From a bacterium (lineage in GTDB: Bacteria > RBG-13-61-14 > DATKZS01), in contig JAWOBU010000277.1 of NCBI GenBank assembly GCA_046484135.1, forward strand, positions 1-14,865: a stretch of DNA of 14,865 bases, in the 5' to 3' direction. The position numbers and the translations under genes are program-made. Under the pieces are notes generated by a model that was given only the letters and a program-made list of their open reading frames with translations, did not search any database and was not told the origin of the DNA. This document shows, in pieces, positions 1 through 7,604 of the stretch. The first letter of the stretch is position 1. Each line of letters begins with the position of its first letter.

Positions 1-1533
1 CTGTCCTATACCGGCATCAAGGGCGGACTGGTGATTGTAAACGCTGACGACCCGGCCATGCATTCGAGCCAGAACGAGCAGGACAACCGACACTATGCCC
101 GCGCGGCCAAGTTGCCCATGCTCGAGCCTTCCGACTCTGAGGAGTGTCTCAAGTTCATGGGGTTGGCTTTCGAGCTCTCCGAGAAGTACGACTGCCCGGT
201 GCTGGTCCGGACCACCACCCGCATATCCCACGGGGTGGGACTGGCCGATACCGGAGAGCGCAAAGAGCCGGCGCAGGAAAAGGCCTGGGAAAAGGACCCT
301 CCCAAGTGGGTCATGCTCCCGGCGTTCGCACGCAAAAGACATCCTGTGGTGGAACAAAGGATGAAAGACCTCCGGCAGGGTGCCGACTCCTTCCCCGAAA
401 ACCGGATCGAAGAGGGAGACAAGTCCATCGGCATCATAACCTCGGGCGTGGCCTACCAGTACGCACGCGAGGCTTTCCCCGACGCCTGCTTCTTGAAGCT
501 CGGCATGGTCTGGCCCCTCCCGGAAGAGATGATCAAGAAGTTCGCCGGCATGGTGGACAAGCTCTACGTGGTGGAGGAGCTCGACCCTTTCCTGGAGGAT
601 TACATCCGGGGCATGGGCATCTCCGTAACCGGGAAGGAGGTCCTTCCCGTGTGCGGCGAGCTCTCTCCCGCCACAGTGGAGGCCGCCATCTCGGGCAAGT
701 CTCTTTTGGAAGGCTCCGCGCCCGACCCGGAGGTGCCGGCGCGGCCTCCTATCATGTGTCCCGGCTGTCCCCACCGGGGACTCTTTACCGCGCTCGGAGA
801 GTTCAAGGTGTTCGTGTGCGGGGACATCGGCTGCTATACTCTGGCCGCGCCTCCGCCCCTGTCGGCCCTGGACTCGTGCCTGTGCATGGGCGCCGGAGTC
901 GGCCAGAGCTTCGGCATGGAAAAGGCATTAGGCTCCGGCAAGGCGGTGGCGGTAATCGGCGACTCGACTTTTTATCATTCCGGCATCACACCTTTGCTCG
1001 ACATCGCCTATAACAGCGGCAAGACCACGGTAATAATCCTCGACAACGGTACCACCGCCATGACCGGCAGGCAGGGGAATCCCGGCGCAGGATATGACGC
1101 ATGTTCAGAGCCGTGCCCTTCGGTGGACCTGCCGGGATTGGCCCGCTCGCTCGGTATCGGCCGGGTCCGCGAGGTCCAGGCTTATGACCTTGCCGAAGTG
1201 AGACAGGCGGTCGAGGAGGAGCTTTCCGCCGACGAGGCGTCGGTGATCATAAGCCGGGGACCGTGCATGCTGATCCCTGCGGCCAAAGAGGTCAAGAAGA
1301 GCCCCTTGAGTGTGGACCTGGAGAAATGCAGCGGTTGCAAGTTATGCTTCAAGGTGGCCTGCCCGGGCATTTACTGGGTGGAAGAGGAAGGCACGTACGT
1401 CAGCAAAAAGGGCAAAGAAAAGAAGCGGCCGGGATACGTGAGCATTGATCCTCTTTTCTGCACGGGCTGCGAGGTGTGTCTTCAGGTGTGCAAGTTCGAC
1501 GCTATCGTACGGGGCCGGCAAGGAGAAGTTTAA
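1..1533 (+). CDS. iorA: Indolepyruvate:ferredoxin oxidoreductase subunit alpha (5'-partial; the start lies upstream of the window)
   Basis: Frame 1 is open from base 1 (LSYTGIKGGLVIVNADDP...). Motifs: ADDPAMHSSQNEQDNR, RPPIMCPGCPHR, GDIGCYTL, TPP-binding GDSTFYHSG...LDNGTTAMTG, and a C-terminal 2x[4Fe-4S] domain (CSGCKLCFKVACP; CTGCEVCLQVC). Stop TAA at 1531-1533. Confidence 0.95.
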   Translation: MSYTGIKGGLVIVNADDPAMHSSQNEQDNRHYARAAKLPMLEPSDSEECLKFMGLAFELSEKYDCPVLVRTTTRISHGVGLADTGERKEPAQEKAWEKDPPKWVMLPAFARKRHPVVEQRMKDLRQGADSFPENRIEEGDKSIGIITSGVAYQYAREAFPDACFLKLGMVWPLPEEMIKKFAGMVDKLYVVEELDPFLEDYIRGMGISVTGKEVLPVCGELSPATVEAAISGKSLLEGSAPDPEVPARPPIMCPGCPHRGLFTALGEFKVFVCGDIGCYTLAAPPPLSALDSCLCMGAGVGQSFGMEKALGSGKAVAVIGDSTFYHSGITPLLDIAYNSGKTTVIILDNGTTAMTGRQGNPGAGYDACSEPCPSVDLPGLARSLGIGRVREVQAYDLAEVRQAVEEELSADEASVIISRGPCMLIPAAKEVKKSPLSVDLEKCSGCKLCFKVACPGIYWVEEEGTYVSKKGKEKKRPGYVSIDPLFCTGCEVCLQVCKFDAIVRGRQGEV

Positions 1534-1536
1534 ACC

Positions 1537-2130
1537 ATGGAAGTGACCAATATCCTTATGGCGGGGGTCGGCGGTCAGGGTATAATCCTGGCCTCGGAGG
1601 TCATGGCCCGGACCGCGGCTGACCAGGGACTGGACGTCAAGAAAAGCGACGTGCACGGCATGGCCCAGCGGGGAGGGGCGGTAACCAGCCACGTCCGGTT
1701 CGGGGACAAGGTATACTCGCCCCTAATCCCCGACGGCCGGGCGGACGTGCTCATGGCTTCCGAGATCATGGAGGCGTTGCGCTGGCTGCCTTTCTTGAAA
1801 CAGGGCGGCAGGCTGGCGGTCAGCAGTCAGCGGATTCCGCCGCCCGCCATCGCCAGGGGAGAGCAGTCCTACCCGCAAGGAATAGAAGAAGACCTGAAAA
1901 AACGGGACCCCCGGCTTATCATCCTGGACACCCTGGAGATAGCCTCCCAGGTGGGAAACTCCAAAACCGCAACAGTGGTGCTCCTGGGAGGTATGTCCGT
2001 GCTGTTGCCGTTCCCGGAGGAAGCCTGGCTGGAAAGGCTCAAAAAAGAGGCCCCCCAAAAGGTCGTGGACGTAAACCTCGAGGCCTTTAAAGCGGGAAGG
2101 GCAGGGGCGTCCAGGAAGAGTGGAACGTAA
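1537..2130 (+). CDS. iorB: Indolepyruvate:ferredoxin oxidoreductase subunit beta
   Basis: 197 aa with NILMAGVGGQGIILAS, SDVHGMAQRGGAVTSHVRFG..VYSPLI and C-terminal NLEAF..G. Starts 3 nt after the iorA stop, with AGGAG upstream. Confidence 0.95.
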   Translation: MEVTNILMAGVGGQGIILASEVMARTAADQGLDVKKSDVHGMAQRGGAVTSHVRFGDKVYSPLIPDGRADVLMASEIMEALRWLPFLKQGGRLAVSSQRIPPPAIARGEQSYPQGIEEDLKKRDPRLIILDTLEIASQVGNSKTATVVLLGGMSVLLPFPEEAWLERLKKEAPQKVVDVNLEAFKAGRAGASRKSGT

Positions 2131-2170
2131 AAGCCATAAGGAGTTCGACTTAAGATTTATATTTTTTCCG

Positions 2171-2197
2171 GTAGCCCGCAAAGCTTTGCTATGCGGG
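2171..2197 (+). repeat. REP-like palindrome (GTAG foot plus hairpin), left copy
   Basis: GTAG-CCCGCA-A-AGC-TTT-GCT-A-TGCGGG. It matches the inverted copy at 2263-2289 at 21/27 positions. Confidence 0.7.
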
Positions 2198-2236
2198 CGG
2201 CTGAAAGCCGCGGGATGGTTTTGAAGGCGGCCGGCC
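2197..2236 (+). repeat. 40-bp direct repeat, copy 1 (begins with hairpin GCGGCT-GAA-AGCCGC)
   Basis: GCGGCTGAAAGCCGCGGGATGGTTTTGAAGGCGGCCGGCC, 39/40 identical to 2298-2337. Confidence 0.92.
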
Positions 2237-2262
2237 CGGTCATCATCCTGTGCCTTCCGGCA

Positions 2263-2289
2263 CCCGGATAGGCGAGCTATCCGGGCTAC
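2263..2289 (-). repeat. REP-like palindrome (GTAG foot plus hairpin), right inverted copy
   Basis: The minus strand reads GTAG-CCCGGATAG-CTCGC-CTATCCGGG, a perfect 9-bp stem. Confidence 0.75.
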
Positions 2290-2297
2290 CGTGTTAT

Positions 2298-2337
2298 GCG
2301 GCTGAAAGCCGCGGGATGGATTTGAAGGCGGCCGGCC
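2298..2337 (+). repeat. 40-bp direct repeat, copy 2
   Basis: GCGGCTGAAAGCCGCGGGATGGATTTGAAGGCGGCCGGCC, with a 101-bp period relative to copy 1. Confidence 0.92.
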
Positions 2338-2392
2338 GACAAGGAACGCCGCTAAGCAGTGTTGGTGGCGGAAATTCAAAGGGGAGAGGGAA

Positions 2393-2611
2393 ATGGACAG
2401 AACAAGGATGTACGGCGGCTTGATCTGCATCGGCACTGCCGTTTTCGGTCTTTTATTTATTATCGGGGTGTTCGCGGGGGGCAAGGCGGGTTACGTTGCG
2501 CTGGCTGTCCCGGTGACCCTGATCACCTTGACGATTCTGGGACTCATCTTCTGGATCGGCTACACCATCTGGAGCATCAAGGTCGAGCCTCCCCAGGACG
2601 AGAGCGACTAG
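2393..2611 (+). CDS. Small hypothetical membrane protein (72 aa, two hydrophobic helices, acidic Pro-containing tail)
   Basis: Purine-rich RBS-like stretch AGGGGAGAGGG precedes the ATG. Two ~20-aa hydrophobic segments, then WIGYT..IKVEPPQDESD. Ends 22 nt before the GT4 start. Confidence 0.8.
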   Translation: MDRTRMYGGLICIGTAVFGLLFIIGVFAGGKAGYVALAVPVTLITLTILGLIFWIGYTIWSIKVEPPQDESD

Positions 2612-2633
2612 AGACCGCGCGGATCAACAGGGA

Positions 2634-3884
2634 ATGAAAGTCTGCATCACCAGCTACCGCGGCAATATGTACAGCGGCGGGCAGGGCATCTATCTTTATT
2701 ACCTGACCCGCGAGCTGGCCCGGCTGGGGCACGAGGTTACCGTGCTGGTCGGCCCGCCATATCCTGCGGACATGCCGTGGGCCCGGGTCATAAAGATTCC
2801 CAACCAGAACTTCTACGCCGTCAAAAGGGACTGGCTGCCACAGCCGGACCCCCTGGACATTTTTCAGCCGCTTAACCTGTTCGAGTTCGCAAGCACCCGG
2901 GTCTGGTTCTTTCCCGAGATGCTCGCTTTTTCCCTGCGGGCCTATAACGTGCTGGCCCGCCTGATCAGGCAGGGAGAACGCTTCGACGTGATCCACGACA
3001 ACCAGTGCCTGGGGTGGGGCCACCTTCTGATGAAGTCGCTCGGGCCGCCGGTGGTCGCGTCCATTCATCATCCTTTGGGTATGGACCGGGCGGCTGACTT
3101 CGAGCAGACGCAAGGGCTGATCGAGCGGGCCCGCCGCATCGTGTTCTATCCTTTCTTCATGCAACAGGTGGTGGCAAGGAGGATGGACCTGTGGATTTCC
3201 GGCTCCCGCGAGTCCGCGGACGCAGTGGCTGATACCTTTTCCCTGGACCGGCAAAAGATGCGCGTCGTGTACGACGGGGTGGACGAAGACGTGTTCACGA
3301 GAGGAAACGGCACGGAAAAGATACCCGGCCGCCTCATATTCGTTGGCAACACCGAGGATCGGAAGAAGGGGATCATGTATCTCATGGAGGCCCTGTCCAC
3401 GCTTCCTTCTCATGTGAATCTCCTGGTAGTGGACGGGTGCTCGAAGTGGAAGTTTTTTGCCGGCGAGCTCATGGACAAGTACCGCCTGCACGGCCGGGTC
3501 GAGTTCCTGGCCCGGATACCGCCGGAGAGCCTGGCGGAGGAGTACCGGAAGGCTGAGGTCGCGGTGGTCCCTTCCGTGTATGAAGGGTTCGGTCTTCCTG
3601 CCGCCGAGGCCATGGCATGCGGCACTCCCGTGGTTTCCACGAACGGGGGCGCTCTTCCCGAGGTGGTGGGATATGAGGGGGACGGCATCATAGTGCCTAA
3701 GAAGGACTCGAAGGCACTGGCGCAGAGCATCACTCGTCTTCTTGCAAGCCCCGAGCTCCGGCGGAACATGGGCGAGCGGGGCCACCGCCGGGTCATGGAG
3801 AGGTTTACCTGGCGCGGGATGGCGGAAGGCACCGCGGACGTATACCGGGAAGCAGGCGAGCTTAAGCGACATGCTTACCGTTGA
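2634..3884 (+). CDS. Glycosyltransferase family 4 (GT-B fold, retaining)
   Basis: 416 aa. N-terminal MKVCITSYR...GGQGIYLYYLTRELARLGHEVTVL, then FDVIHDN, VYDGVD, KKG, the donor-binding EX7E motif PSVYEGFGLPAAEAMACGTPVV, and C-terminal FTW. Confidence 0.93.
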   Translation: MKVCITSYRGNMYSGGQGIYLYYLTRELARLGHEVTVLVGPPYPADMPWARVIKIPNQNFYAVKRDWLPQPDPLDIFQPLNLFEFASTRVWFFPEMLAFSLRAYNVLARLIRQGERFDVIHDNQCLGWGHLLMKSLGPPVVASIHHPLGMDRAADFEQTQGLIERARRIVFYPFFMQQVVARRMDLWISGSRESADAVADTFSLDRQKMRVVYDGVDEDVFTRGNGTEKIPGRLIFVGNTEDRKKGIMYLMEALSTLPSHVNLLVVDGCSKWKFFAGELMDKYRLHGRVEFLARIPPESLAEEYRKAEVAVVPSVYEGFGLPAAEAMACGTPVVSTNGGALPEVVGYEGDGIIVPKKDSKALAQSITRLLASPELRRNMGERGHRRVMERFTWRGMAEGTADVYREAGELKRHAYR

Positions 3885-4578
3885 CTTTGATCTTTTGGAC
3901 GTGCGGCCGGGCGTGAATTTTCTGGACGCCGGTTGCGGGGGAGGGCGTCACGCATTCGAGGCGCTTCGGCGGGGAGCAGAGGTCATGGCCATGGACTACG
4001 ACGCGGAGGAGTGCAAGCGGGTCGTTTACTCGTTTACCGCCGCGGAGAACGACGGCAAAGCGCCCGGCCGGTGGAACATGGTGCGCGGAGACGTGCTCTG
4101 TCTTCCTTTCTCCGAGAACAGCTTCGACCGGGTGATCTGCGCCGAGGTGTGCGAGCATCTTCACGAAGACCTGCGGGTACTCGCTTCCATCTACAGGATC
4201 ATGAAGCCCGGAGGCAGGATCGCGGTTACGGTCCCCACAACCTTTTCCGAGCTGGCCTACCGGTGGATCGAGCCCTTTTACTTCGAGAACCCGGGAGGCC
4301 ACGTCCGGATATTCACCCCGAAGGAGATGGAGAAGAAGCTTACCAGGACGGGGTTCCATATTTACGCGGTCCGCCACTCCCACGGGTTCCATACGCCTTA
4401 CTGGCTGCTCCGGTGCATATTCGGGCTGGAAAAGGCGGACCATCCCGTAACCCGGCGGTACCACAAGTTCCTGGAGAAGGCCATGCTCTCATACTTTATG
4501 GCCGGTGTGGAGAAGAGAGTGCTGAACTATATCTGTCCGAAGAGCATCATTTTTTACGCCTGGAAGCCGAAAGGGTGA
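3871..4578 (+). CDS. Class I SAM-dependent methyltransferase (235 aa)
   Basis: Probable start is ATG 3871 (MLTVDFD...), overlapping the GT4 end by 14 nt; the ORF-track start at 3742 lies deep inside GT4. Motif I FLDAGCGGG, GDVLCLPFSENSFDRVICAEVCEHL, RIMKPGG...TVP, GHVRIF. Confidence 0.9.
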   Translation: MLTVDFDLLDVRPGVNFLDAGCGGGRHAFEALRRGAEVMAMDYDAEECKRVVYSFTAAENDGKAPGRWNMVRGDVLCLPFSENSFDRVICAEVCEHLHEDLRVLASIYRIMKPGGRIAVTVPTTFSELAYRWIEPFYFENPGGHVRIFTPKEMEKKLTRTGFHIYAVRHSHGFHTPYWLLRCIFGLEKADHPVTRRYHKFLEKAMLSYFMAGVEKRVLNYICPKSIIFYAWKPKG

Positions 4579-4599
4579 CAAGAAAGTAAGGTTATAAGA

Positions 4600-4608
4600 T
4601 GGTATCAT
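4600..4608 (+). promoter_or_regulatory. Possible extended -10 promoter element upstream of hisG
   Basis: TG-G-TATCAT in an AT-rich 100-nt gap. I found no correctly spaced -35. Confidence 0.3.
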
Positions 4609-4678
4609 TTTTCCGGTAAGCCGGTTCCCGGAACTTTTTTTGTCCGGCTTTTTCATAAGCGAGATGAGGAGGAGTTAA

Positions 4679-5578
4679 ATGGTAGACAAGAGAGGATGCG
4701 ACGAGTCCGGCAAGCTGGTTTTGGGCCTTCCCAAGGGCAGCCTGCAGGATGCGACCTTTGATCTGTTTAGACGGGCGGGCTGGAGGATAAGAGTAGGGGA
4801 GAGGTCCCTGGCACCTTCCATAGACGACCCGGAGATATCGTGTCTTTTGATCCGGGCCCAGGAGATGGCCGGTTACGTGGAGAACGGGGTGCTCGATTGC
4901 GGTCTCACGGGCATAGACTGGGTAAGCGAGCAGGGGGCCAAGGTCAAAGAGGTTTGTTCTTTGGTTTACTCGAAAGCGAGCACCAGCAAGGTGCGCTGGG
5001 TGGTGGCGGTGCCGGAGTCGAGCCCGGTCAAGAAGATCAAGGACCTGGAAGGAAAACGTATCGCCACTGAGGCGGTAAACATGACCAGGAAGTTTTTGAA
5101 GAGCCACGGGGTCAAGGCGGAGGTCGAGTTCAGTTGGGGAGCGACCGAGATCAAGCCGCCCCTTCTGGCGGACGCCATTGTCGAGCTTACCGAGACCGGC
5201 TCTTCCTTGAAAGCCAACAACCTGCGCATCGTGGACACGGTCATGGAGTCCGAGACGGTGCTGGTGGCGAACCGCGACTCCTATCGCGACAAGTGGAAGC
5301 AGGACAAGATGGAGACCGTTGCGCTCATGCTCCAAGGCGCGTTGAAGGCGGAGAAAAAAGCGGGCCTTAAAATGAACGTGCCCCGCAGCAAGCTAGACAA
5401 GATACTCGGCCTCCTGCCTTCCATGCAAAGCCCGACCATCGCGTCCCACTCGGACGAACAGTGGCTGGCGGTCGAGGTCGTGATAGACGAAAAGGAGGCC
5501 CGGGAGCTTGTTCCGCGGCTCAAGCAGGCGGGAGCCACCGGCATAATCGAGTATCCTCTCAACAAGGTGATACCGTAA
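4679..5578 (+). CDS. hisG: ATP phosphoribosyltransferase, long form
   Basis: [40 protein letters not shown]...[20 protein letters not shown], and C-terminal regulatory domain LP...SPTI...[27 protein letters not shown]. Confidence 0.96.
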   Translation: MVDKRGCDESGKLVLGLPKGSLQDATFDLFRRAGWRIRVGERSLAPSIDDPEISCLLIRAQEMAGYVENGVLDCGLTGIDWVSEQGAKVKEVCSLVYSKASTSKVRWVVAVPESSPVKKIKDLEGKRIATEAVNMTRKFLKSHGVKAEVEFSWGATEIKPPLLADAIVELTETGSSLKANNLRIVDTVMESETVLVANRDSYRDKWKQDKMETVALMLQGALKAEKKAGLKMNVPRSKLDKILGLLPSMQSPTIASHSDEQWLAVEVVIDEKEARELVPRLKQAGATGIIEYPLNKVIP

Positions 5579-5591
5579 ACCCAGAGGGGAC

Positions 5592-7364
5592 ATGGCGAGA
5601 GATGATGCCATAGGCTCTGAAAGACCCGGCTGGCAGAGGCACGGCGTTGTTGTTTTTCTGTACTTCGTTCTCGCCTTGATTATGACCTGGCCGGTTATGG
5701 CCACTCCCGGGCTTTACATCATCTCGGAGTACATGGACACCTCGACCGCGTTTTACAACCTGTGGTGGTTTCACCAGGCCGTGTGCGAGCTACATACCTG
5801 GCCCTGGACCAATACCCTTATCAACTACCCCTACGACTTCTCCATGGCCATGTTTCCCATGTGGGTCCCCTACGACGCACTGGTACTGCCCGTAATCGAG
5901 GCCAAGGGCGCACACGGACTGCCCCTCGCATTGAACATCATAATCATCATCTCCTTTACAGCGCGCGGGTACGTAACCTTTGTGTTCGTGAGATACCTGG
6001 TGCAAAAGTCGCCGCCCGCCTTCCTGGCTGGAGTCGTCCTCGCCTTTAGTCCCTATGTGTTCTGGAACATCACCCGGGTGCATGCAAGCTGTCTCGAACT
6101 GGTGGTCCTTCTCGTCTACTTCTTCCTCAGGACCTTGCGGGAGAGGGACTGGAAGCCCGCGGCAGGGCTTAGCGCCTCCGCCTGTCTTCTGCTCTATACC
6201 TCTCCTTCCTACACCGCGGACATGGTCTTGTTCCTGCCCCTTCTCGGAATATACACAGCCATGCGGGAGAGGGAGGCAGTGCTTACGAGGTCAACCCTTG
6301 TCAGGCTCGCCGCCGCCGCCGCAGTAACGCTCGCGGTGTGCTCGCCCTTTCTCTATCACGTGCTCTCCGAGATGATAAAAAACCCGGTGCCCATCGCACA
6401 GCCGCACGATCTGCGCGTCCAATACTCGGCAAACCTCATGGGCTTTGTCTCTCCCGGCTGGAACCTTAAAGCCTACTCCTGGCTTACGCAGTACGCGCCT
6501 TACTCCGACCCCGAGCTTACCAGGAGCCACGGTATCGGCGGGCACGAAATCTTTATGGGCTACGTCTTTATTGCCGCGGCCTTGGCCGGAGCCGTGCGGT
6601 ACTTCCGGAGATGTTTTATATATATCGTGCTTTGCCTGCTCTTTATGGCGCTTTCGCTAGGTCCTTCTCTCCACGCGGGCGCGAGCACTTACGCCGCAGC
6701 CATGCCTTACGATTTTTTCCACGCGATTTTTCCGTGGCTCCGTTTCGAGAGGACACCGGTCCGGCACCTGGGTCCGGCGCTGGTCGCCCTGTCCGTGCCC
6801 GCGGGCTTCGGCATGGCCTGGCTCGGCGGGCTTTTGTCCAAGAGGCGCGCGTACGTGTTTTACTGCGCCCTGTTTGCGGCCGTGCTCCTCGAGTACAACC
6901 ACGCGCCCTTGAAGCTGGACCGCTTTCCCGTGCCCGGCTTCGTAGAGGAGATCAAGTCGGACTCCGCTCCCGGCGCCGTGCTGAACCTTCCCCATATCCC
7001 GGACATAAAGCGGCTTGCCGGCTACTATCACATGCACCATGAAAAGCCCCTCATCTTCCGGCTGGTAAGCAGGGGCATGGACCCCGAGGTCCAACAAAGC
7101 GCCATCTTCCGATACCTGACCCACCCCCGCGTCTGGCTCCGTCTTTCCGGCGACGAACGCGAAAAAGCGCTCGCAGAGCTCAAGCGCGAGCTCGACACCC
7201 GCGACGTCCGCTACCTGGCGGCGTATCCGCGCTTCATGACCGAAAAAGACGATCAAGGCCTCCGCAACCTCGTCGCCGACCTCCAGCCCGCCGAGGTAAT
7301 AGAAGACAACGAGACCTACTTTGTCTGCCGCTTCGAGCGATGGTCGGGAACGAAAAAAGAATAA
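5592..7364 (+). CDS. Polytopic membrane protein, probable GT-C-fold (YfhO-like) glycosyltransferase, 590 aa
   Basis: About 10-12 hydrophobic segments by eye. The first TM helix is followed by an acidic loop (SEYMD...NLWW...YP); AFLAG...AFSPY, SLGP, RTPVR and LEY precede a soluble C-terminal domain. RBS GAGGGG, 13 nt after hisG. The family call is pattern-based. Confidence 0.6.
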   Translation: MARDDAIGSERPGWQRHGVVVFLYFVLALIMTWPVMATPGLYIISEYMDTSTAFYNLWWFHQAVCELHTWPWTNTLINYPYDFSMAMFPMWVPYDALVLPVIEAKGAHGLPLALNIIIIISFTARGYVTFVFVRYLVQKSPPAFLAGVVLAFSPYVFWNITRVHASCLELVVLLVYFFLRTLRERDWKPAAGLSASACLLLYTSPSYTADMVLFLPLLGIYTAMREREAVLTRSTLVRLAAAAAVTLAVCSPFLYHVLSEMIKNPVPIAQPHDLRVQYSANLMGFVSPGWNLKAYSWLTQYAPYSDPELTRSHGIGGHEIFMGYVFIAAALAGAVRYFRRCFIYIVLCLLFMALSLGPSLHAGASTYAAAMPYDFFHAIFPWLRFERTPVRHLGPALVALSVPAGFGMAWLGGLLSKRRAYVFYCALFAAVLLEYNHAPLKLDRFPVPGFVEEIKSDSAPGAVLNLPHIPDIKRLAGYYHMHHEKPLIFRLVSRGMDPEVQQSAIFRYLTHPRVWLRLSGDEREKALAELKRELDTRDVRYLAAYPRFMTEKDDQGLRNLVADLQPAEVIEDNETYFVCRFERWSGTKKE

Positions 7365-7503
7365 ACTTCCTGCAAAATGCGTTGATAGAGGAAGGAAAAG
7401 AAATCCCTGTCTGCCCCGGACCGGCGGCCGGCTCCCGCTTTCATCTCGACCATCGTATCAGGAAGCTAAAGTAATGTGTCATATTTAATTGCCATTTTTG
7501 GCA

Positions 7504-7590
7504 TCGCCCTTACAGGGCTTATATTCGATTCGTCAAATATTTTCCCCGGGGCTTACGCCCCGGGCTTTAGGCCGCCGTCCCGTTGGGACT
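7504..7590 (-). repeat. Tripartite hairpin repeat unit, left copy (reads on the minus strand)
   Basis: Minus strand: GTCCC-AAC-GGGAC, then AG-CCCGGGGC-GTAA-GCCCCGGG-GAAAAT, then an AT-rich spacer, then AGCCCT-GTA-AGGGCGA. Confidence 0.75.
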
Positions 7591-7604
7591 CGACAGCCTC
7601 GAAT

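Noticed and set aside
2197..2337. Mini CRISPR array
   Set aside because: Only two repeats, a 61-nt spacer that is itself a REP-like palindrome, and no cas genes or clear leader in the window.
2359..2637. 92-aa alternative-frame ORF
   Set aside because: Overlaps the 72-aa membrane-protein ORF, which has the better RBS and a coherent hydrophobic pattern.
3742..3870. N-terminal extension of the methyltransferase ORF
   Set aside because: Lies within the GT4 coding region. The methyltransferase-like sequence begins at ATG 3871.
2577..3872. 431-aa minus-strand ORF
   Set aside because: Antisense shadow of the well-supported GT4 gene in GC-rich DNA, with no recognisable motifs.
4351..4393. 10-bp direct repeat GGGTTCCATA in the methyltransferase gene
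   Set aside because: Explained by two GFH tripeptides in the coding sequence.
7366..7465. 7-bp inverted repeat CTTCCTG/CAGGAAG, and GGCGGCCGGC matching the tail of the 40-bp repeat
   Set aside because: Too short and GC-rich to distinguish from chance; no target-site duplication seen.
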